A program made the translations under genes and the position numbers. The notes beneath the pieces were generated by a model. That model was not told the DNA's origin, did not search any database, and saw only the letters and a list, made by a program, of their open reading frames with translations. 39,810 bases of DNA, taken from the NCBI GenBank assembly GCA_031413195.1, contig JANOEM010000147.1:1-39810 (forward strand), read 5' to 3'. Below, in pieces: positions 35,652 to 39,810 of this stretch (positions within the stretch are counted from its first letter, which is position 1; each line of letters opens with the position of its first letter). The DNA comes from Actinomycetes bacterium (lineage in GTDB: Bacteria > Actinomycetota > Acidimicrobiia > Acidimicrobiales > Ilumatobacteraceae).

Positions 35652-36812
35652 CTACCGAGCGGCGCGTTCCTCTTCGTACTCGGCGATCGAGGTGAGTTGG
35701 GCACCGAGTGTCGAGTCGACCCATCGGCTCCCTGCGCTGCGGATCAGGTCGTAACTGGCCTGCACCGGGGCGAGCTGCCCGGTGAAATGAGGCATCACCT
35801 GCTCGGCGAACAGCTCGTAGCTGCGCTTGGTCGGGCCGACGTCTGCCAAGTCGGCGCCGAGGAACAGGTAGGAGCCGAACCCGCCGGTCTTGTCCTGCAA
35901 TCGCTGGATTTGATCGATTGCCATCTCTGGCGTGCCGATCACCATCCGCCCGGATTCGTTGACGTAGTCGATGAAGTCATCGAGGTCGCTCGGCGGTGGG
36001 GGAGCGCTGGGATCGCCCGTCGGGATGATGTGCGAGAGATAGTCGAACACCCATTGCAGGCCGTACCGGCAGTCGGCCTTGGCCTGCTCGAGCGTTTCGG
36101 CGATGTACATCGGGCCCATCAGCCGCCACTTGTCGCGGGGAGCCTGATGCCCGTGGAGTTGGGCTTCCTCCTGCCAGACGGTGTAGTTGTAATCGAGGAC
36201 TTGGAACGCAGCTGGTTCGGTCGCGGCAATGGACAGCAACCCGGTCCCGTAGCGGCCTGCGAGTTTCGAGCCCGACGGCGACATCGACGACGCAACCACG
36301 ATGTCGAAGTCGCTGTAGGGCTTCATCTGCAAGACAGCGTTGTCGCACACGAACCAGTCGGTGTGCTCGGTGACCGTCTCGCCCCGGAACAGGCGCATCA
36401 TGACATCGAAGGACTGTTCCATGCGCGGTCGTTGCGACAGCGGGTCGATGCCCATCATCGCGGCGTCGCTGGTGAGTTGACCGGGTCCTGCGCCGAACAT
36501 CATCCGACCTCTGGTGAGGTGATCGAGCATGACGATCCGGTCGGCGAGGATGAACGGATGGTGGTACGGCAACGAGTTCACGCCGGTGCCGAGCTTGATG
36601 TGGCGGGTGCGTTCGGCTGCGGCGGCGATGAACACCTCTGGGCTCGCAATCAGCTCCGAACCGGCCGAGTGGTGTTCGCCGATCCACGCTTCGTGATATC
36701 CCAAGTGGTCGAGGTGTTCGATCAGTTCGAGATCACGCTGTAGCGCCAACGTGGGATTGACGCCTGTGCGGTGCATGGGAGGGAGGAAGATGCCGAATCG
36801 GAGTGAATCCAT
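35652..36812 (-). CDS. LLM-class flavin/F420-dependent oxidoreductase (luciferase-like, LimB-like)
   Basis: 386 aa. FGIFLPPMH...LGYHEAWIGEHHSAG.ELIASPEVFIAAAAERTRHIKLGTGV...MFGAGPG is the typical luciferase-like monooxygenase TIM-barrel pattern. Confidence 0.8.
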   Translation of the reverse strand: MDSLRFGIFLPPMHRTGVNPTLALQRDLELIEHLDHLGYHEAWIGEHHSAGSELIASPEVFIAAAAERTRHIKLGTGVNSLPYHHPFILADRIVMLDHLTRGRMMFGAGPGQLTSDAAMMGIDPLSQRPRMEQSFDVMMRLFRGETVTEHTDWFVCDNAVLQMKPYSDFDIVVASSMSPSGSKLAGRYGTGLLSIAATEPAAFQVLDYNYTVWQEEAQLHGHQAPRDKWRLMGPMYIAETLEQAKADCRYGLQWVFDYLSHIIPTGDPSAPPPPSDLDDFIDYVNESGRMVIGTPEMAIDQIQRLQDKTGGFGSYLFLGADLADVGPTKRSYELFAEQVMPHFTGQLAPVQASYDLIRSAGSRWVDSTLGAQLTSIAEYEEERAAR

Positions 36813-36833
36813 CCCGTTGGTGTACCACCGGCG

Positions 36834-37865
36834 CTACAGCGCGGACCAGTCGAGGATCACCTTGCCGGATCTGCCCGAGCTCATCGTTTCGAATCCTTCG
36901 ATGTAGTCGTTGATCCCGAAGTGGTGGGTGATGACGGGGGAGAGGTCCAAACCGCTCTGCAGCAGGCTGGCCATCTTGTACCACGTCTCGAACATCTCTC
37001 GACCGTAGATGCCTTTGATGCTGAGACCCTTGAAGATCACCTGGGTCCAGTCGACGGCGGTCTCCTCCGGCGGGATACCCAGGATCGCGATGCTGCCACC
37101 ATGGTGCATCGTTCGCAGCATTTCGCGGAGTGCTTGCGGATTCCCGGACATCTCGCAACCGACGTCGAAGCCTTCCTGCATCCCCAGCGAGGCCATCGTG
37201 TCGTCCAACGACTCGGTCGCCACGTTGACGGTGCGCGTGGCACCCATTTGTCGGGCAAGATCGAGTCGGTAGTCGTTGATGTCGGTGATCACGATGTGTC
37301 TCGCGCCGACGAAGCGGGCGACGGCGACTGCCATGATGCCGATCGGGCCGGCGCCGGCGATCAGGACATCTTCGCCGACCATGTTGAATGCCAGTGCCGT
37401 GTGCACCGCGTTGCCGAAGGGATCGAGGATCGATGCGACGTCGTCGGAGATCGAATCGTTGAGCTTGAAGGCGTTCACTGCGGGAAGACAGAGATACTCG
37501 GCGAAACAACCCTGGCGGTTCACGCCGACACCGACGGTGTTGCGGCAGAGGTGGCGACGGCCGGCCCGGCAGTTGCGGCAGTGCCCGCACGTGATGTGGC
37601 CTTCGCCCGAGACCCTGTCGCCGACGGAGTACCCGCGGACCTCGCTGCCCATTTCGACGATGACGCCGCAGTACTCGTGACCGATCGCCATCGGCACCTT
37701 GATCGTGCGTTGCGCCCAGGGATCCCACTGATAGATGTGAATGTCGGTGCCGCAGATCGAGGTCTTGTCGATCCGGATCAGGACGTCGTTGTGCCCGATC
37801 AACGGCTCGGGAAGGTCGCGCATCCAGATCCCGGGCTCGGCGTGTTCCTTGACGAGCGCCTTCAC
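36834..37865 (-). CDS. tdh: L-threonine 3-dehydrogenase (zinc-dependent MDR)
   Basis: GTG 37865 overlaps the kbl stop (GTGA). [21 protein letters not shown]...ICGTDIHIY...[10 protein letters not shown]...[15 protein letters not shown]...GAGPIG. 343 aa. The rest of the 755-aa track ORF is an alternate frame running through kbl. Confidence 0.9.
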   Translation of the reverse strand: MKALVKEHAEPGIWMRDLPEPLIGHNDVLIRIDKTSICGTDIHIYQWDPWAQRTIKVPMAIGHEYCGVIVEMGSEVRGYSVGDRVSGEGHITCGHCRNCRAGRRHLCRNTVGVGVNRQGCFAEYLCLPAVNAFKLNDSISDDVASILDPFGNAVHTALAFNMVGEDVLIAGAGPIGIMAVAVARFVGARHIVITDINDYRLDLARQMGATRTVNVATESLDDTMASLGMQEGFDVGCEMSGNPQALREMLRTMHHGGSIAILGIPPEETAVDWTQVIFKGLSIKGIYGREMFETWYKMASLLQSGLDLSPVITHHFGINDYIEGFETMSSGRSGKVILDWSAL

Positions 37866-39073
37866 GATCCGGCCTGACTCGCGGGCGCGGCAATCAGCCC
37901 GAGTTCGGTGCCCACTTCGATGAATGCCGTGATGGCCGTGTCGAGGTCGGTAGTGGTCAAGGCGGCAGACATCTGTGTCCGGATCCGGGCCTTGCCCATC
38001 GGCACCACCGGGTACGAGAAGCCGATCACGTAGATGCCTCGGGTGAGCAGGCGTTCGGACATCTGCGCAGCGAGTGCCGCGTCGCCGAGCATCACCGGGA
38101 TGATCGGGTGGGCGCCGGGAGTGAGCGTGAGCCCGGAACGCAGCAACCCCGTCCGGAAGTAGTCGGCGTTGCCGTGCAGCGCCGTTCGCAGCGACGGGTC
38201 TTCCTCGAGCAGGTCCAGCACTCTCAGGGTGACCGCCGCGACGATCGGCGGCACGCTGTTCGAGAACAGGTAGGGACGGGCGCGCTGGCGCAACCACCCG
38301 ACCACGGATCGCGACGCCGACACGTAGCCTCCGCTTGCGCCACCGAGGGCCTTGCCCAGCGTGCCGGTCAAGATGTCGACTCGGCCAATCACGCCGCAGT
38401 GTTCGTGACTTCCCCGACCGGTGGCGCCCATGAACCCGGTCGCATGAGAATCGTCGACCATCACCAAGGCGTCGTAGCGCTCGGCGAGGTCGCAGATGCC
38501 ACGCAGATCGGCGACCGTGCCGTCCATCGAGAACACCCCGTCCGTCGCGATCAGTCGCGTGCGCGCCCCGGATGACTCCTGGAGGCAGCGTTCGAGATCG
38601 GCCATGTCGTTGTTCTCGTACCGGTAGCGGGTGGCCTTGCAGAGCCTGATCCCATCGATGATGCTGGCGTGGTTCAACGAGTCCGAGATCACCGCATCCT
38701 GTTCGTCGAGCAGGGCTTCGAACAGGCCGCCATTCGCGTCGAAGCACGACGGGAAAAGAATCGTGTCCTGCATCCCGAGGAAGTCGCTGAGTCGTGACTC
38801 CAACTCTCGATGCGGGGATTGCGTTCCGCAGATGAATCGCACTGAGGCCATTCCATACCCGAATCTGTCCACCGCTTCGTGGGCGGCCTGCACGACAGCG
38901 GGGTGGTTGGCGAGGCCGAGATAGTTGTTCGCGCAAAGGTTGATCAGGTCGGCGCCACCCGCCCGCACGTGAGCACCTTGGGGACCTTCGAGCACGCGTT
39001 CGTTCTTGAACAGCCCGTTCGTCCTCAGTTCGGCGAGTGATGCGTCGAGACGCTCGGTGATGAGGTTGGCCAC
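37862..39073 (-). CDS. kbl: Glycine C-acetyltransferase (2-amino-3-ketobutyrate CoA ligase)
   Basis: 403 aa. GTG start with [24 protein letters not shown]...[15 protein letters not shown]... and the PLP-lysine context [15 protein letters not shown]. Confidence 0.9.
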   Translation of the reverse strand: MANLITERLDASLAELRTNGLFKNERVLEGPQGAHVRAGGADLINLCANNYLGLANHPAVVQAAHEAVDRFGYGMASVRFICGTQSPHRELESRLSDFLGMQDTILFPSCFDANGGLFEALLDEQDAVISDSLNHASIIDGIRLCKATRYRYENNDMADLERCLQESSGARTRLIATDGVFSMDGTVADLRGICDLAERYDALVMVDDSHATGFMGATGRGSHEHCGVIGRVDILTGTLGKALGGASGGYVSASRSVVGWLRQRARPYLFSNSVPPIVAAVTLRVLDLLEEDPSLRTALHGNADYFRTGLLRSGLTLTPGAHPIIPVMLGDAALAAQMSERLLTRGIYVIGFSYPVVPMGKARIRTQMSAALTTTDLDTAITAFIEVGTELGLIAAPASQAGS

Positions 39074-39120
39074 GGTTGCTCCCTCTGAGAAATCGTTGCA
39101 TTCACGGTACGACTGTGCTG

Positions 39121-39126
39121 ACTATA
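39121..39126 (-). promoter_or_regulatory. Possible -10 element TATAGT upstream of kbl, with no convincing -35
   Basis: Minus-strand TATAGT, in the only A/T-rich patch of the 77-bp gap, about 48 nt before the kbl GTG. Confidence 0.3.
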
Positions 39127-39150
39127 GATGATTTTGGAAACTGTTCGGGT

Positions 39151-39810
39151 TTATTCGACGGTGCCGTATGCACCTTGTTCGGCAGAAGCGTTCGCATTCG
39201 TGACCTCGGTGACCGAGGCGTCGAGGTCGTCGAGGAACGCCGAGATCTTCCCGTCGTGGACGGCATTGACCGTGAGATGCAATGAAGCTGGCGGTCCTTG
39301 CCTGTCCACATACCAGCCGCGCTGCCACAGTGCGGCCGCAACGGCGAAGATGTCGAGCGAATCCGGTTCGGCGGCGCCGAAGCAGACCAACGTGGTGTCG
39401 GGTTCGGCACGCAGCATCAGGCTCGGCCGGGTCCGGAGGCCCGCCACGATCTCATCTGTCGCACGGCGGGCTGCCGCGGTGAGTCGCAGGTAGCCCTCGT
39501 CGCCGAGGTAGTTCATCACGGCCCACGCTGCGGCCATCGAGCCGCCCGATTTCGTGCCGAGGATGCCCGACGAGCCGTAGAGGCCACCCAACCAATTGTC
39601 TGTGACGTAGGTTTGGTAACTGCGCAACTTCTTGTTGCGGTAAGCGATCACGGAAGCGCCCTTGGCCGTGTAGCCGAACTTGTGCAGGTCGACCGACATG
39701 CTCGTGACCCCGTCGACGGCGAAGTTCCACGGCAGGACGGGGCGTCCGAGGCGCTCGAGATAGTGCAAGGCGACTCCGCCCATGCACGCATCGACGTGAC
39801 AGTTGATGCC
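39151..39810 (-). CDS. Group II PLP-dependent decarboxylase/lyase (glutamate decarboxylase / sphingosine-1-phosphate-lyase-like), C-terminal part; the 5' end lies outside the window
   Basis: The frame is open to the window edge (GINCHVDACMGG...). The PLP-lysine block is SMSVDLHKFGYTAKG, followed by GGLYGSSGILGTKSGG. Confidence 0.8.
   Translation of the reverse strand, partial: GINCHVDACMGGVALHYLERLGRPVLPWNFAVDGVTSMSVDLHKFGYTAKGASVIAYRNKKLRSYQTYVTDNWLGGLYGSSGILGTKSGGSMAAAWAVMNYLGDEGYLRLTAAARRATDEIVAGLRTRPSLMLRAEPDTTLVCFGAAEPDSLDIFAVAAALWQRGWYVDRQGPPASLHLTVNAVHDGKISAFLDDLDASVTEVTNANASAEQGAYGTVE

Noticed and set aside
36733-37893. 386-aa ORF in an alternate minus frame of tdh
   Set aside because: Arg-rich composition. 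The tdh frame has complete zinc-MDR motifs.
37866-39101. Upstream 412 codons of the 755-aa track ORF 36834-39101
   Set aside because: That part is an alternate frame running through kbl. The real tdh starts at GTG 37865, giving a canonical 343-aa enzyme, and kbl occupies 37862-39073 in its own frame.

Overview
High-GC window, actinobacterial in character: a mycothiol-type DinB domain, the gcvH-garA-MerR synteny, and many 1-8 nt gene overlaps. It is densely packed with chromosomal core genes. I found no transposase, integrase, phage gene, CRISPR array, tRNA or rRNA. Gene order from the left is as follows. The tail of an M23 peptidase, a SAM methyltransferase, an orphan lipoprotein and a USP. 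A Tat-exported DUF1800/DUF1501 pair, divergent from a DUF2207 membrane protein. A DeaD-type helicase, a thiolase, two GNATs, a VOC protein and rlmA. A haloalkane-dehalogenase/DinB fusion, then a modABC-padR operon. A class-V PLP enzyme, a HIT protein, a CDP-alcohol phosphatidyltransferase and a fused nucleotidyltransferase/phosphomutase. The right half is a glycine/one-carbon neighbourhood. It holds gcvH, an FHA (GarA-like) protein, MerR, a DUF151 protein, MerR and gcvT on the + strand. Converging on these is a long - strand run: PLP decarboxylase, kbl-tdh, an LLM oxidoreductase, a YitJ-like Hcy-methyltransferase/MTHFR fusion, a tandem glycine riboswitch, gcvP, and an uncharacterised protein with a histone-H1-like Lys/Ala/Pro tail. 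No novel multi-gene system is evident. The most unusual items are (1) the riboswitch-gcvP-coupled KAAP-tail protein, (2) the DUF1501 protein with three extra C-terminal ~120-aa modules, (3) the zinc-ribbon GarA variant, (4) the dehalogenase-DinB fusion, (5) the padR-terminated mod operon with a perfect palindrome and a repeat-rich leader, and (6) a 104-nt composite palindrome between gcvT and the KAAP gene. All functional calls rest on motifs read by eye. No database search was possible.
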